Shown here: positions 33,194-46,535 of the stretch, piece by piece | Layout of the letters: each line of letters opens with the position of its first letter | How positions within the stretch are numbered: the stretch's first letter is position 1 | DNA from: Alphaproteobacteria bacterium | GTDB taxonomy: Bacteria > Pseudomonadota > Alphaproteobacteria > MPNO01 | DNA: 64,000 bases | Reading direction: 5' to 3' | Assembly: GCA_965248835.1 (NCBI GenBank) | Contig: CBDFLJ010000002.1 | Span: 160,001-224,000 of the forward strand | The notes under the pieces: model-generated | Databases searched by the model: none | The model's input: the letters and a program-made list of their open reading frames with translations, nothing else | What the model was told of the DNA's origin: nothing | Program-made: the position numbers and the translations under genes

Positions 33194-34063
33194 ATGTTCC
33201 AGGCCACGCTCAGCGGTCTCGCCGTCGGCAGCCTCTTCGCGCTGATCGCGGTGGGGTTCAACCTGACCTTCGTCGTCAACCGGACCGTGAACTTCGCCCA
33301 CGGCCAGTGGGTCGCCGTGGGCTCGCTGTTCGCCTTCACCCTGCTGGTCGAATGGCAGGTGCCGCTGCTGATCACAATCATCGCGACAGGCGTGCTTCTG
33401 GGCATCCTGGGCATCGGGCTGGAGCGCGTCGGAATCCGGCCGATGATCGGCCATTCGCTGTCCCTCGGCTTCATCATGAGCACGCTGGCCATCGGCATCA
33501 TGCTGGAAAACCTGGCGCTGTGGCATTGGGGCTCGACCGCGCTGTTCGTGCCCTCGCCATTGGGCGAGCAGCGCATCGACGTCTTCGGCGCCGGAATCTA
33601 TCCCCAGGAGATCCTGATACCGGCGGTCACCGCGCTCATCCTCGGCGGTCTCGTCCTGCTTTACCGCTTCACCCGGATGGGCCGCGCGCTCAGGGCGACG
33701 GCGGAGAACCCCGACGCCGCAGCCCTGATGGGCATCGACACCAAGCGCATGATCGGCTTCGCTTACGGCCTCGCCGGGCTGATGGCCGGTGTCGCCGGCG
33801 TGCTGGTGGCGCCGCTGACCGGGGCGGTGGCCGCCGCCGGGCTGGGGCTGGGACTCAAGGCGTTCGCCATTGCCATCGTCGGCGGGCTGGACAGCATCAC
33901 CGGCACCTTGATTGCAGGGCTGCTGCTGGGTGTGGTCGAGCAATACATCGTGCTCTACATCTCCCCGGGCCTGCGCGATGTCGGGGTCTTCGCCATTGTC
34001 ATCGCGATTCTCCTCATCCGCCCCTTCGGGCTGCTCGGCACGCGCGAAGATGAGAAGGTTTAG
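33194..34063 (+). CDS. LivH-like ABC permease
   Basis: VNFAHG, GRALRATAEN..AA.LMGI, KAFAIAIVGG. Confidence 0.92.
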   Translation: MFQATLSGLAVGSLFALIAVGFNLTFVVNRTVNFAHGQWVAVGSLFAFTLLVEWQVPLLITIIATGVLLGILGIGLERVGIRPMIGHSLSLGFIMSTLAIGIMLENLALWHWGSTALFVPSPLGEQRIDVFGAGIYPQEILIPAVTALILGGLVLLYRFTRMGRALRATAENPDAAALMGIDTKRMIGFAYGLAGLMAGVAGVLVAPLTGAVAAAGLGLGLKAFAIAIVGGLDSITGTLIAGLLLGVVEQYIVLYISPGLRDVGVFAIVIAILLIRPFGLLGTREDEKV

Positions 34064-35817
34064 CCCGGTTCCCACGGCCGCCTGGACCGTCGGGATCGCG
34101 GCGCTGGCCGTCTTCCCCTGGCTGTCCAACAATTATTTCATCCACATCGCGGCCCTTATCGGGGTCTTCATGATCGTCGCCGTCGGCATGAACATCCTGG
34201 TCGGGATGACCGGGCTGGTCAGCCTGGGCCACGCCGGGCTGTTCGCTATCGGTGCCTATACCAGTGCAATGCTGAGCACCCGGGCCGAGCTCTCGTTCTG
34301 GCTGTCGGCCCTGGCCGCCATCGTGCTGACCGGCGTCGTCGGCGCGGTCCTGGCGCTGGCCGCGCTCCGGGCGCGCGGCATCTATCTCGCCATGGTCACC
34401 ATCGCCTTCGGCATCATCGTCGAGCAGTTGGCGCTCGACCAGGACGAGTTCACCGGCGGCTTCATGGGCATATCGAGCATTCCATATCCCTCGATCGGCG
34501 ACTTCACGCTGTCCTCGCCCTATCGGCTCTATCTGATCGCCTGCCTTGCGGGAGTGAGCCTGTGGCTGGCCGGCAATTTGCGGCGCTCACGCTGGGGCCG
34601 CGCGCTGGTTGCGGTGCGCGAGAGCTGGGTGGCTGCCGAATCCCTCGGCGTGTCGCGCTATCGGATGGAGACCATGGCGTTTGCCCTGAGCGCAGCGCTC
34701 ACCGGGCTGGGGGGTGCCTTGTTCGCCAGCCACAACGCGTTCATCGCACCGGGGATCTTCGGCTTCGATCTGTCCATCCTGATGCTGCTGTTCGTCATCC
34801 TGGGCGGGCTCGGCACGGTCTGGGGGCCGGCTGTCGGCACGGTCGTGCTGCTGGTTCTGCCCGAGCTCATCGCCGGCTTTACGCAGATCCGGCTGGTCAT
34901 CTACGGCGCGGTGATGCTGGCCTGCCTCTACTTCATGCCCCAGGGCATCGCCGGCTTCTTCGAGGCCCGGATCGAGGAGCGCAAGCGGCGGCAACGGCGC
35001 CTGCCCGACGCCGATGTCGAGGCGTTGCAGGCATCGATCGCGGCCCGCCAGCCGACGGGCGGAGCCGAGCCCCTGGTCGAGATCGCCGGCATCAGCAAGG
35101 TGTTCGGCGGGCTTGTCGCCCTCGACTCCCTGAACATGGAGATCAGGCCCGGCACCATCCACAGCCTCATCGGACCCAACGGCGCGGGCAAGACCACGCT
35201 GGTCAACGTGCTGTCGGGCTTCTATCGGCCCGATGGCGGGCAGATCCGTTTCGCCGGCAGGCGGGTGAGCGGATGGTCGGCGCACCGCATGGCCGCGCGC
35301 GGGGTCGCGCGCACCTTCCAGGCGACCCGGCTGTTCCCCCAGCTCAGCGTGGTGGAGAACGTCATGGTCGGGCTGCACGCGCACCTCGACCACGGGCTGG
35401 CCCCGGCACTGGTCTCTACACCGGCGATGCGCGCGGAGGAGCGGCGGGCCGAGGCCCGAGCCCTGGCCGCGCTCGCGTTCGTCGGCTTCCCCGGTGATCC
35501 GCTCGAGACCGCGGCCAATCTTGCATTCGGCCACAAGCGCCTGGTCGAGATCGCCCGCGCGCTGGCGACGCACCCGGTGCTTCTTCTGCTCGATGAGCCG
35601 GCGGCGGGGCTGACCTCGGTCGAGATCGCCGCGCTCGATGGGCTGATCACCCGGATCCGCGACATGGGCGTGACGGTGCTGTTGATCGAGCACCACATGG
35701 ATCTGGTGATGGAGATATCCCAACGCGTCAGCGTGCTCGACTACGGCAGGATGATCGCCGAGGGCCGGCCGGAGGAAGTTCGTGTGAACCCGCAGGTGGT
35801 GGAGGCGTATCTGGGCC

Positions 35818-35828
<11 letters not shown>
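34050..35828 (+). CDS. LivM-LivG-like fused permease/ATP-binding protein
   Basis: N-terminal G.TGLVSLGHA and YLAMVTIAFG; C-terminal GPNGAGKTT and LLLDEPAAG. Confidence 0.9.
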
Positions 35829-36546
<718 letters not shown>

Positions 36547-36549
36547 GCG

Positions 36550-37746
36550 CTATGCCGGAGCGGGCAGCAGATCCCTGGCCAGGGCGAGGAGCTGCAGGTC
36601 CGCGCCATGCGGGCCGATGAGCGAGAGTCCGAGCGGCAGCCCGTCGAGTGCAGCCATCGGCAGGCTGATCTGCGGCAGCCCGCCGAGCCCGGCGATGCAC
36701 AGCAAATGCATGGCTTGGTGACGGTAGCGGATCTCGATCTCGTCGATCGGCAGGTTCTTCAGGGGCGCTACCCGCGGCGAGGTCGGCAGACACAGAACGT
36801 CGCCTTCGCCTACCACCTCGGCAATGCGTGCGCAGATCGACTCCCAGCGCACCCGCGCCGCCTCGACCTCGGCGGCGGGAAGGGCCTGCGCCCAGTCGAA
36901 GCGCTCCTTGATGCCGGGCCCCAGTGCAGGTTTCGCCTCGGTGATCCAACTGCCGCGGTTGGCCCAGATCGAGGCGGCCTGAAGAATCCGGAAACAGTCG
37001 AACCAAGCCTCCAGACCGTCCGGGGCGACGGTGACCTCCTCCACTTCCCCGATCCGGGCCGCCACCATTGCGAGAGCCGGGCCGAGCGCATCACTCACCG
37101 GCGCGTCCACCAGATCGAAGGCATCGACGGCGCGCAACAACCGCCGCAGCGGACGCGGCGCCGAGGCATCGTCCAGCAGCACGCGCCCGACCGCCTCCAG
37201 GACCTCGGAATCGCGGGCGAACCAGCCGGCGACATCGAACGGCGGGCCGAACGGGATCACCCCGTCCAGCGGCACCCGGTCCCGGCTCGGGCGGATGCCG
37301 AATATGCCGCAATAGCTCGCCGGCAGGCGCACCGAGCCGCCGCAGTCGGTGCCGAGCGCGAAATCGACCAGCCCGGCGGCAACCGCCGCCGCCGAGCCGT
37401 TCGACGAGCCGCCGGGGATGCGCCCGGGCGCCCGGACGTTAACCGGCGTGCCGTAATGAACGTTCTCGCCGGTCAGGCTGTAGGCGAGCTCGTCGGTGTG
37501 GGTCTTGCCGACCATGTCCGCGCCGGCGTCCAGCAGGCGCTGGACGGCCAGGGCGGTGACCGTCGGCGGCTCGTGGCCCGCCAGCCATTCCGGGCTGCCG
37601 AAGCCGGTCCGGGTCCCGGCGATATGGAAGACGTCCTTGACCCCAAATCGCAATCCGGCGAGCGGGCCTTCGCCGGTGCCGCGGAGCGCGACGTGGTTCT
37701 CCCGGCAGAAAGCGCCGACGGTATCTTCGAAGGGGATCTCCATCAT
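36550..37746 (-). CDS. Amidase signature family enzyme
   Basis: VKD, GKTHTDELAYS, PGGSSNGSA, GTDCGGSVRLPAS. Confidence 0.9.
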   Translation of the reverse strand: MMEIPFEDTVGAFCRENHVALRGTGEGPLAGLRFGVKDVFHIAGTRTGFGSPEWLAGHEPPTVTALAVQRLLDAGADMVGKTHTDELAYSLTGENVHYGTPVNVRAPGRIPGGSSNGSAAAVAAGLVDFALGTDCGGSVRLPASYCGIFGIRPSRDRVPLDGVIPFGPPFDVAGWFARDSEVLEAVGRVLLDDASAPRPLRRLLRAVDAFDLVDAPVSDALGPALAMVAARIGEVEEVTVAPDGLEAWFDCFRILQAASIWANRGSWITEAKPALGPGIKERFDWAQALPAAEVEAARVRWESICARIAEVVGEGDVLCLPTSPRVAPLKNLPIDEIEIRYRHQAMHLLCIAGLGGLPQISLPMAALDGLPLGLSLIGPHGADLQLLALARDLLPAPA

Positions 37747-37757
37747 CCGGCCGGCGG

Positions 37758-38987
37758 TCACTGCGGCCACAACAGCGCGGCCGGTTCGCGCCGGAAGGTC
37801 ATGTGGCCGCGCTTGAAGCCCATCAGCGGCTGCGACAGCTCGGCGACCGCCGATTGCCGGTCGATGTTGTCGATGACAACGAGATCGGCCGATTTGCCGA
37901 CCTCGATGCCGTAATCCTCGAGGTTGAGCAGGTCGGCGGAGCGCCGGGTCACCATCTCGAAGCATTCGATGGTGTCGTCGATCTGCCCGACCTGGCAGAT
38001 ATTGGCGTAGAGATTGGCCATGCGGATCAGCGAGCAGTCGCCGAACGGCGTGAACGGGTTGAGCACGTTGTTGGATGACAGATTGCAGTTGACCCCGTGC
38101 CGCAACATCTTGTGCACCGGCACGACGCCGCGCAGCACGTCGTGGTCCTGGTGGCGGCCCATGAGGTAGAGGTCGGTGGACGGCAGGACCGTCACCGCCA
38201 CGCCGGCATCGGCCAGCCGCCTGGTGATACGCTCGAACGCCGGCGGCTCCAAGGTCGACATCTGGGTGACGTGGCCGATCGCGACCCGCCCGCCATAGCC
38301 GTGCTCCTCGGTCCTTTTGCAGACATGCTCGACGGTCATGCCCTCCGGCGTGTTGCCGAAATCCAGGTGCATGTCGAGATCGACATCGAACGTGCGTGCC
38401 ATTTCGAACAGCCGGTCGATCTGACCGGGCGGGTCGGAGTCGGTGTAGGGTGCGCCGCCGACGACGGTGCAGCCTCTTTGCAGCCCTTCGATCATGAGCT
38501 CGTCCGTACCCGGGTTGTTGAGCAGCCCTTCCTGGGGGAAGACGCAGATCTCCAGGTCGATCGCCCACTTGTATTCCTCGATCAGCGGCAGGATGCCCTC
38601 GAGGCTGCGCAGACCCACGACCGGGTCGACCTCGAGGTGGGTGCGCATGTGGGTGGTGCCCTGGAGAATGGATTTCTCCAGGGTCCTGATGGCGCGCTCG
38701 CGCACGTCCTGGGGCTGGAATTCCCTTTTGGCTCTGGCGACCTCGCCGATGGCCTCCTCCAGCGTCCCCTCGTCGGACTTGCAGCGATCGAGCAGGCAGG
38801 ACTTGTCGAGATGGATGTGGGTCTCGATGAATCCGGGCGAGACCAGCCGGCCGCCCGCATCGATCTCGTGGCCGTCCGCAGCGAGGCCGGGCTCGATGGC
38901 GGCGATGCGGCCCTTGTCGATGCCGATGTCCACCGCAGAGCCGTCGTCCCGGTCCGCGAGCCGCGCGTTTCTCAGGATGAGATCCAT
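37758..38987 (-). CDS. Cytosine/creatinine deaminase-like amidohydrolase
   Basis: PGFIETHIHLDKS, FPQEG, DMHLD, IGHVT; GGGAGGA RBS. Confidence 0.88.
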   Translation of the reverse strand: MDLILRNARLADRDDGSAVDIGIDKGRIAAIEPGLAADGHEIDAGGRLVSPGFIETHIHLDKSCLLDRCKSDEGTLEEAIGEVARAKREFQPQDVRERAIRTLEKSILQGTTHMRTHLEVDPVVGLRSLEGILPLIEEYKWAIDLEICVFPQEGLLNNPGTDELMIEGLQRGCTVVGGAPYTDSDPPGQIDRLFEMARTFDVDLDMHLDFGNTPEGMTVEHVCKRTEEHGYGGRVAIGHVTQMSTLEPPAFERITRRLADAGVAVTVLPSTDLYLMGRHQDHDVLRGVVPVHKMLRHGVNCNLSSNNVLNPFTPFGDCSLIRMANLYANICQVGQIDDTIECFEMVTRRSADLLNLEDYGIEVGKSADLVVIDNIDRQSAVAELSQPLMGFKRGHMTFRREPAALLWPQ

Positions 38988-39051
38988 CTCGTCCTCCCAT
39001 CTTCCGGCCGCCCATGATCACCGGACGCCCGGGCGCATTCCTGGTGCGATC

Positions 39052-39233
39052 CTATCAGTCCGTCGGACTTGGGGGTGAGTTTTGACCGGGACCGCCGGAT
39101 GGGCAACGCCGTCGATTATGATCTGGAGCAGGCGTCTCTCCCTCATGCCGATCTCCGGGATCGGATCTCGGAGGAAGATTCGGCGCACTTCGTACGCGAT
39201 GCGCGCGAAACTCTGACCGGAGCCCGCCTTTAG
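39052..39233 (+). mobile_element. Probable IS1182-family left end with degraded transposase start (ORF 39099-39233)
   Basis: CTATCAGTCCGTCGGACTT resembles recalled IS1182 termini; MGNAVDYDLEQASLPHADLRDRISEEDSAHFVRDARETL resembles IS1182 N-termini (Q..L...DL.D...ED..AHFV). Confidence 0.55.
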
Positions 39234-39691
39234 CGCCGGTCGGCGAAGAAGGTCTTGAGCAGGGCAGAGGATTTGTGCTCGGCGATGCCGCCATAGACCT
39301 CCGGGCGGTGGTGGCAAGTCGGCTGGGCGAAGATGCAGGGGCCGTTCTCCACCGCGCCGCCCTTCGCATCGTGCGCCCCGAAATAGAGCCTGCGGATGCG
39401 CGCCAACGAGATCGCCTGGGCACACATCGCGCAGGGCTCGAGCGTGACGTAGAGGTCGCAGCCGGTAAGCCGGGGGCGGCCGAGCGCGGCGGCTGCGGCA
39501 CGGATGGCGAGCATCTCCGCATGCGCCGTCGGATCGCTGTCAGCCACGGTCCGGTTCGCCGCCTCGGCGAGCACCGCGCCGGTCTCCGGGCACAGGATGA
39601 CCGCGCCGACCGGCACCTCGCCCGCCTCGCCGGCGGCCTGGGCGAGTGCCAGCGCCCGTTGCATCAGGGCGGTGCGCGAGGGCCTGTTCAT
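39230..39691 (-). CDS. tadA: tRNA adenosine(34) deaminase
   Basis: GEVPVGAV, DPTAHAE, LYVTLEPCAMC; synteny with rluB and rsmD. Confidence 0.88.
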   Translation of the reverse strand: MNRPSRTALMQRALALAQAAGEAGEVPVGAVILCPETGAVLAEAANRTVADSDPTAHAEMLAIRAAAAALGRPRLTGCDLYVTLEPCAMCAQAISLARIRRLYFGAHDAKGGAVENGPCIFAQPTCHHRPEVYGGIAEHKSSALLKTFFADRR

Positions 39692-39804
39692 CGCACCGAC
39701 CCTGGGCGTGGCACGCCGCGCGGTCAAGGCCGGACCGGCCCGATCGGATGGCAGCATGCTCACGCCGATTGTGATCTTGATCCGGACTGCATAGAGTGCG
39801 CGCC

Positions 39805-40518
39805 ATGAGCGCGCCCCTGATCGGCCTGACGCTGGATTCCGAGCCCGCCGGCGGCTATGCCAAGCTGCCCTGGTATGCGATCCGCGAGAACTATTGCGAT
39901 TGCGTCACCCACGCCGGAGGCCTGCCGGTTCTGCTGCCGCACGAGCCCGACCGGGCGGCGGACTATATTGACCGGCTCGACGGGCTGATCGTCACCGGCG
40001 GCGCCTTCGATGTCGACCCGGCGCTGTTCGGCGCCTCGGGCCGCCACGCCACGGTCACGACCAAGGACCGGCGGACCGCCTTCGAGAAGGCGGTCACCGG
40101 GCTTGCCATCGAGCGCGACATGCCGGTGCTCGGGATCTGCGGCGGCCAGCAGCTCCTGAATGTCGTCCTCGGCGGAACGCTGATCCAGCACATCCCCGAT
40201 GAGGTCGAAGGCGCGCTCGCCCACGAGCAGCCGAACCCGCGCACCGAGCCCGGCCACGCCGTCGCCGTCACGCCGGGGACCCTGCTGCACCGGATCGTCG
40301 GTGCCGACGCGTTGGCGGTGAACAGCGCCCACCATCAGGCGGCGGCCGAGGTGGGCGAAGGCGTCGCGGTCAACGCGGTCGCGCCCGATGGGGTGATCGA
40401 AGGGATCGAGGCTGCCGGCCGCCGGTTCTGCCTCGGCGTGCAATGGCATCCCGAATACGGGATCGACCCGGGGGACGCAAAGATCTTCGCGGCACTGATC
40501 GGTGCCTGTGCGGGTTGA
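39805..40518 (+). CDS. Peptidase C26 / gamma-glutamyl-GABA hydrolase family
   Basis: LGICGGQQ, VNSAHHQA, GVQWHPE. Confidence 0.9.
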   Translation: MSAPLIGLTLDSEPAGGYAKLPWYAIRENYCDCVTHAGGLPVLLPHEPDRAADYIDRLDGLIVTGGAFDVDPALFGASGRHATVTTKDRRTAFEKAVTGLAIERDMPVLGICGGQQLLNVVLGGTLIQHIPDEVEGALAHEQPNPRTEPGHAVAVTPGTLLHRIVGADALAVNSAHHQAAAEVGEGVAVNAVAPDGVIEGIEAAGRRFCLGVQWHPEYGIDPGDAKIFAALIGACAG

Positions 40519-41242
40519 GGCCGGGGGCGAGCGGATCGCCAAGCGGCTGGCCCGTGCCGGGGTCTGCTCGCGCCGCGAGGCCGAGCGCTGGATCGCCGCC
40601 GGCCGGGTTGCGGTCGACGGGACGGTGCTCGACAGCCCCGCGGTGCTGGTCGACGGCGCAAGCCGGATCACGGTCGACGGCCGACCGGTCGGTGCTCCGG
40701 AGCGCCGGCGGGTGTGGCGCTATCACAAGCCGCGTGGACTGATCTGCACCAACGACGACCCGCGCGGTCGCCCGACGATCTTTTCAGACCTGCCCGACGC
40801 GCTTCCCCGTGTGGTCTCGGTCGGCCGGCTCGACGTCAATTCGGAAGGGTTGCTGCTGCTGACCAATGACGGCGGGCTCGCGGGCAACCTCGAGCGCGGC
40901 GATTGGGCGCGGCGCTACCGCGTGCGCGCCTACGGTGCGCCCGATGAGGCAAGGCTTGCCGGGCTCGCCAAGGGCGCCGAAGTCGACGGGATTCGCTACG
41001 GTCCGATCGAGGCGCGGCTCGACCGGGCCGAGGGCAGCAACGTATGGCTGACCATCTCGTTGCGCGAGGGAAGGAACCGCGAGGTTCGCCGCGTGCTCGA
41101 GACCCTGGAGCTCGCGGTCAACCGGCTGATCCGGATATCCTACGGCCCCTTCCAGCTCGGCAACCTTGCCCGCGGCAAGGTCGCGGAGATCCCGAACAAG
41201 GCGCTCGGCGAGCAGCTCGGCGATGCGGATCACCGGCGGTAG
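40502..41242 (+). CDS. rluB: rRNA pseudouridine synthase (RluB-like)
   Basis: S4 domain RIAKRLARAGVCSRR; VGRLDVNSEGLLLLTNDG; EGRNREVRR. Confidence 0.85.
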   Translation: MPVRVEAGGERIAKRLARAGVCSRREAERWIAAGRVAVDGTVLDSPAVLVDGASRITVDGRPVGAPERRRVWRYHKPRGLICTNDDPRGRPTIFSDLPDALPRVVSVGRLDVNSEGLLLLTNDGGLAGNLERGDWARRYRVRAYGAPDEARLAGLAKGAEVDGIRYGPIEARLDRAEGSNVWLTISLREGRNREVRRVLETLELAVNRLIRISYGPFQLGNLARGKVAEIPNKALGEQLGDADHRR

Positions 41243-41771
41243 CCTGCGCGGCCGGACGATCGCCGCACCCCCCGGCCGCGTCATCCGGCCGAGCGCGGAC
41301 CGCCTGCGCGAGGCGCTGTTCAATGTCCTGACCCACGCGCGGACCGAGGCGATCCCGCCGCTTGCCGGCGCGCGCGTGCTCGATGTTTTCGCCGGCACCG
41401 GCGCACTCGGCCTCGAAGCGCTGTCCCGAGGCGCCGCGCATGTCGTCTTCATCGACCGCGATCTCGCCTGGGCCCGCCGCAATGTCGAGGCGCTGAGCCA
41501 GAGCGCGCACTGCCGTCTGATTGCCGCCGATGCGCTGGCCCCGCCGGTGGCCGATGCGCCGGTCGACATTGCCCTCCTCGATCCGCCCTACGGTAGCGAT
41601 CTCGCCGCGCCCGTGCTCGCCGCGCTCGCCGAGGCCGGCTGGTTCGGCCCGGCGAGCCTGGTGGTGGCCGAGACCGGCGCGAAGGAGCACACGAGCTGGC
41701 CGGCAACGTTCGCGCCGTTCCGGACCCGCCGCTACGGCGCGGCCCGGATCACGTTCCTGACACCCGGCTGA
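41223..41771 (+). CDS. rsmD: 16S rRNA m2G966 methyltransferase
   Basis: MRITGG..RGR, LDVFAGTGALGLEALSRGA, DPPY. Confidence 0.92.
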   Translation: MRITGGSLRGRTIAAPPGRVIRPSADRLREALFNVLTHARTEAIPPLAGARVLDVFAGTGALGLEALSRGAAHVVFIDRDLAWARRNVEALSQSAHCRLIAADALAPPVADAPVDIALLDPPYGSDLAAPVLAALAEAGWFGPASLVVAETGAKEHTSWPATFAPFRTRRYGAARITFLTPG

Positions 41772-41777
41772 GCGGCC

Positions 41778-43547
<1,770 letters not shown>

Positions 43548-43716
43548 GCGCGGTCCCTGGAGCGCGCTATCGGGCAACGATGTCTCGCTCAAGGCCATGC
43601 CCCTGTCTGTCGGCGGCTCACGGGGCGGCAATGGCCCCGGAGAACCGTTGGAGATCACCACTGCGGATCGAGGGTAGTCGCATCCGCGGATCGCGGATAC
43701 CCGAATTCGGGAATCT

Positions 43717-45042
43717 TCAGGGCGTGCTTTCCAGGCCCGGCGGGTTGCCGACCACCACCACGGTGAGCTTGTCCGGGGCGAGAAGCCGCGCGGCAACGCG
43801 CTTGATGTCCTCGCCGGTGACCGCATCGATCAGGGACGCCCGCCGGTCGATATAGTCGATGCCGAGCTTGTTGATCTGGATGGCGACCAGCATGCCGGCG
43901 ATGTTGCGCGTGGAATCCAGCCGCAACGGGAAGGACCCGTTGATGTAGGTCTTTGCCGCCGCCAATTCGTCGGCGCCGACCCCGTCGCGGGCAATGCGCT
44001 GCCATTCCGACCTGACCAGGTCGAGCGAGGTCGCCACGCGCGCATTCACGGTGCCCAGCCCGCCCATGATCAGCCCCGCCCGGGCCATCGGGTTGAGGTA
44101 GCTGTAGACCGAATAGGCCAGGCCGCGCTTTTCGCGGATCTCTTCGTTCAGGCGCGAGGATTGCCCGCCGCCCAGGATGTGGTTCATCACGTAAGCCGTG
44201 TAGTAGTCCGGATCATCACGCCTGAGCCCGGCTTGGCCGAAGACGACGACGCTTTGCGGGATCGGCTTGCGGATGACCACCAGCTTGCCGCCCGCCGGCA
44301 CGGCCTCGGGCAGCCCGGACGGGCCGCCGCGCTGGGGCAGCGAGCCGAACACCTGGTCGAGTCGGCGGCCGAGCTCCTCGGGCGCGATGTCGCCCGCAAC
44401 CCCGATGATCAGGCCGTCGCGCACGAAACGCTGGCGCACGAAACGGGCGAGGTCGGCGCGGGCGATCGCGCGCACGCTCTCCGGCGTCCCGGCGATGGGC
44501 CTGGCATAGGGGTGGTCGCCGAAGACCAGGCCGTACCAGGTCCGCCCGGCGATGCGCCGCGGGTTGTCCTTCTGGCTATCGAGAGAGGCGATGAGCTGGC
44601 CGCGTATCCGCTCGACCGGCGCCGGATCGAAGCGCGGCGCGCCGAGCGCCAAGCGCAGCAGGTCGAAGGCACGCTGCCTGTGCGCGCTCAGGGTCCGCAG
44701 CGAGCCGCCGAACCGGTCGCGCTCGGCATCGAAATCGAGCGAGGCGGTGGTGTCCTCCAAGGCCTCCTGGAATGCCTTGGAGTCAAGCGCGCCCGCCCCC
44801 TCGTCGAGCAGGCTGGAGACCATATCGGCCAGCCCCTCTCTGCCTTCGGGGTCGAGCGCGGCGCCGCCCTTGAAGGTGAACGAGACGCTGATCACCGGGA
44901 CCGAGCCGTCGCGGACCAGCCACGCCTCGATCCCGCCCGGGCTGCGGACCCGCTGGATGTCGGTCGCGGCCGCCGGACCAACGGCCAGGGCGGCCCAGGC
45001 CGCCAGGATCAGGACGAAACGCCGGGCAAGCGGCTTGGTCAT
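43717..45042 (-). CDS. M16 peptidase, non-catalytic subunit
   Basis: Signal peptide, [22 protein letters not shown]; no HxxEH. Confidence 0.88.
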   Translation of the reverse strand: MTKPLARRFVLILAAWAALAVGPAAATDIQRVRSPGGIEAWLVRDGSVPVISVSFTFKGGAALDPEGREGLADMVSSLLDEGAGALDSKAFQEALEDTTASLDFDAERDRFGGSLRTLSAHRQRAFDLLRLALGAPRFDPAPVERIRGQLIASLDSQKDNPRRIAGRTWYGLVFGDHPYARPIAGTPESVRAIARADLARFVRQRFVRDGLIIGVAGDIAPEELGRRLDQVFGSLPQRGGPSGLPEAVPAGGKLVVIRKPIPQSVVVFGQAGLRRDDPDYYTAYVMNHILGGGQSSRLNEEIREKRGLAYSVYSYLNPMARAGLIMGGLGTVNARVATSLDLVRSEWQRIARDGVGADELAAAKTYINGSFPLRLDSTRNIAGMLVAIQINKLGIDYIDRRASLIDAVTGEDIKRVAARLLAPDKLTVVVVGNPPGLESTP

Positions 45043-45057
45043 GGCGATGCAGGCCCG

Positions 45058-46512
45058 CTAGCTGGTGGAATCCGGAAGGAGGATGCTGGTGACCGAGCGT
45101 TTCTCGACCAGCACCGCGCGTGCGGCCGCGCCGACCTGTTCGGCAGTCACCGCCGCGATGCGCTCCGGCCAGGTTTCGACATCGCCGATGGTCCCGCCGG
45201 TGACCAGCGTCCGGCCGATGATTCTGGGCGCCGCCCGGATGCCGTCGCGCGCGTAGATCGCCCCGGCCAGCAGCGAGCGCTTGACCCGGGCAAGCTCTTC
45301 TTCGGTGATGCCGCGCTCCAGGAAGCGTTGGAGCTCCGTCTTGAGCGCCGCCTCCAGGGGCGCGACTGCACCGCCTGCCTTGGGCTTGATCGAGATCGAG
45401 AACGCGCCGCTGTCGACCCGCGCGGCGCTGTACCAGGACCCGACGCTGGAGGCGATGGCCTGATCGGCCACCAGGGTGCGGTAGAGCCGGCTGGTCGCGC
45501 CGCCGCCCAACGCCTCGGCCAGCACCTGCAACGGATAGGCATGCTCGACCGCGCCCGCGTTGAAGCTCGGCGCCCGGTAGCTGATCGTCAGTTGCGGCAG
45601 GTGGACCCGCGGGCTTTTCATGATCACCCGCTTGGCTGCCAGCGGCTCCGGCTCGACCGGGCGGACCCTGGGCGGGACCTCGCGCCGCGGGATCGGTCCG
45701 AAGTGGCGCTCCGCGAGCACGCGCGCGCGCTCCAGGCTCACGTCGCCGGCAAGGATCAGGATGGCGTTGTTGGGCGCATAATGCGCGCGGTAAAAGGCCA
45801 GCGCGTCGGCGGTTGTCAGCCTTTCGATCTCGCGTTTCCAGCCGATCACGGGAACCCGGTAAGGGTGACGCAGATAGGTGATCGCTTGGCGGCGCTCGTA
45901 GAGCTGGGCGCCGGGTTTGTTGTCGGTGCGCGAGCGGCGCTCCTCCAGGACGACATCGCGTTCCGGCACCACCTCGGCGTCGGTCAGGCGCAAATTCGTC
46001 ATCCGGTCGGCTTCAAGGCGCATGACCAGCGCGAGCTTGTCGCTTGCGACACGCTGGAAATAGCCGGTGTAGTCGTGGCTGGTGAACGCGTTGTCCATGC
46101 CGCCGTTGCGCGCGACGATCTTGGAGAACTGGCCCGGCGGGACGGACCGGGTGCCCTTGAACATCAGATGTTCGAGAAAATGGGCGATGCCGGATTTTCC
46201 CGGCGGCTCGTCGGCGGCGCCGACCTTGTACCAGAGCATCTGGGCGACGATCGGCGCCCGGTGATTCTCGACGACGACGACCTGAAGCCCGTTGGCCAGG
46301 GTGAAGGTCTTGGGGTTGAAAACCCCGGCGCGCGCCGGCGGGGGTGCGGGTGCGCCTGCCAGGAGGAGCGCCATGCCGGCCAGCAGCAGGATCGATGCGC
46401 GGCTTCCACGGCCGTTTGCAATCAAGATCGGCTCTCCGTTTCGTGACTCCGGCGCCGGGTCCGTGCCCGCCGGCATGCGGTTGGTATATGGTCGGGCGTT
46501 CGTCAACGGCAA
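45058..46512 (-). CDS. M16 zinc peptidase, catalytic subunit (start uncertain)
   Basis: GIAHFLEHLMFKGT, NAFTS, VVLEERR. Confidence 0.9.
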   Translation of the reverse strand: MPLTNARPYTNRMPAGTDPAPESRNGEPILIANGRGSRASILLLAGMALLLAGAPAPPPARAGVFNPKTFTLANGLQVVVVENHRAPIVAQMLWYKVGAADEPPGKSGIAHFLEHLMFKGTRSVPPGQFSKIVARNGGMDNAFTSHDYTGYFQRVASDKLALVMRLEADRMTNLRLTDAEVVPERDVVLEERRSRTDNKPGAQLYERRQAITYLRHPYRVPVIGWKREIERLTTADALAFYRAHYAPNNAILILAGDVSLERARVLAERHFGPIPRREVPPRVRPVEPEPLAAKRVIMKSPRVHLPQLTISYRAPSFNAGAVEHAYPLQVLAEALGGGATSRLYRTLVADQAIASSVGSWYSAARVDSGAFSISIKPKAGGAVAPLEAALKTELQRFLERGITEEELARVKRSLLAGAIYARDGIRAAPRIIGRTLVTGGTIGDVETWPERIAAVTAEQVGAAARAVLVEKRSVTSILLPDSTS

Positions 46513-46535
46513 GGGATCGCGGCGCGTCCTCGCGG

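Noticed and set aside
36550-39021. 823-aa amidase ORF as a single fusion protein
   Set aside because: Its N-terminal half is an alternative frame over the deaminase gene; the amidase starts at 37746 or 37743.
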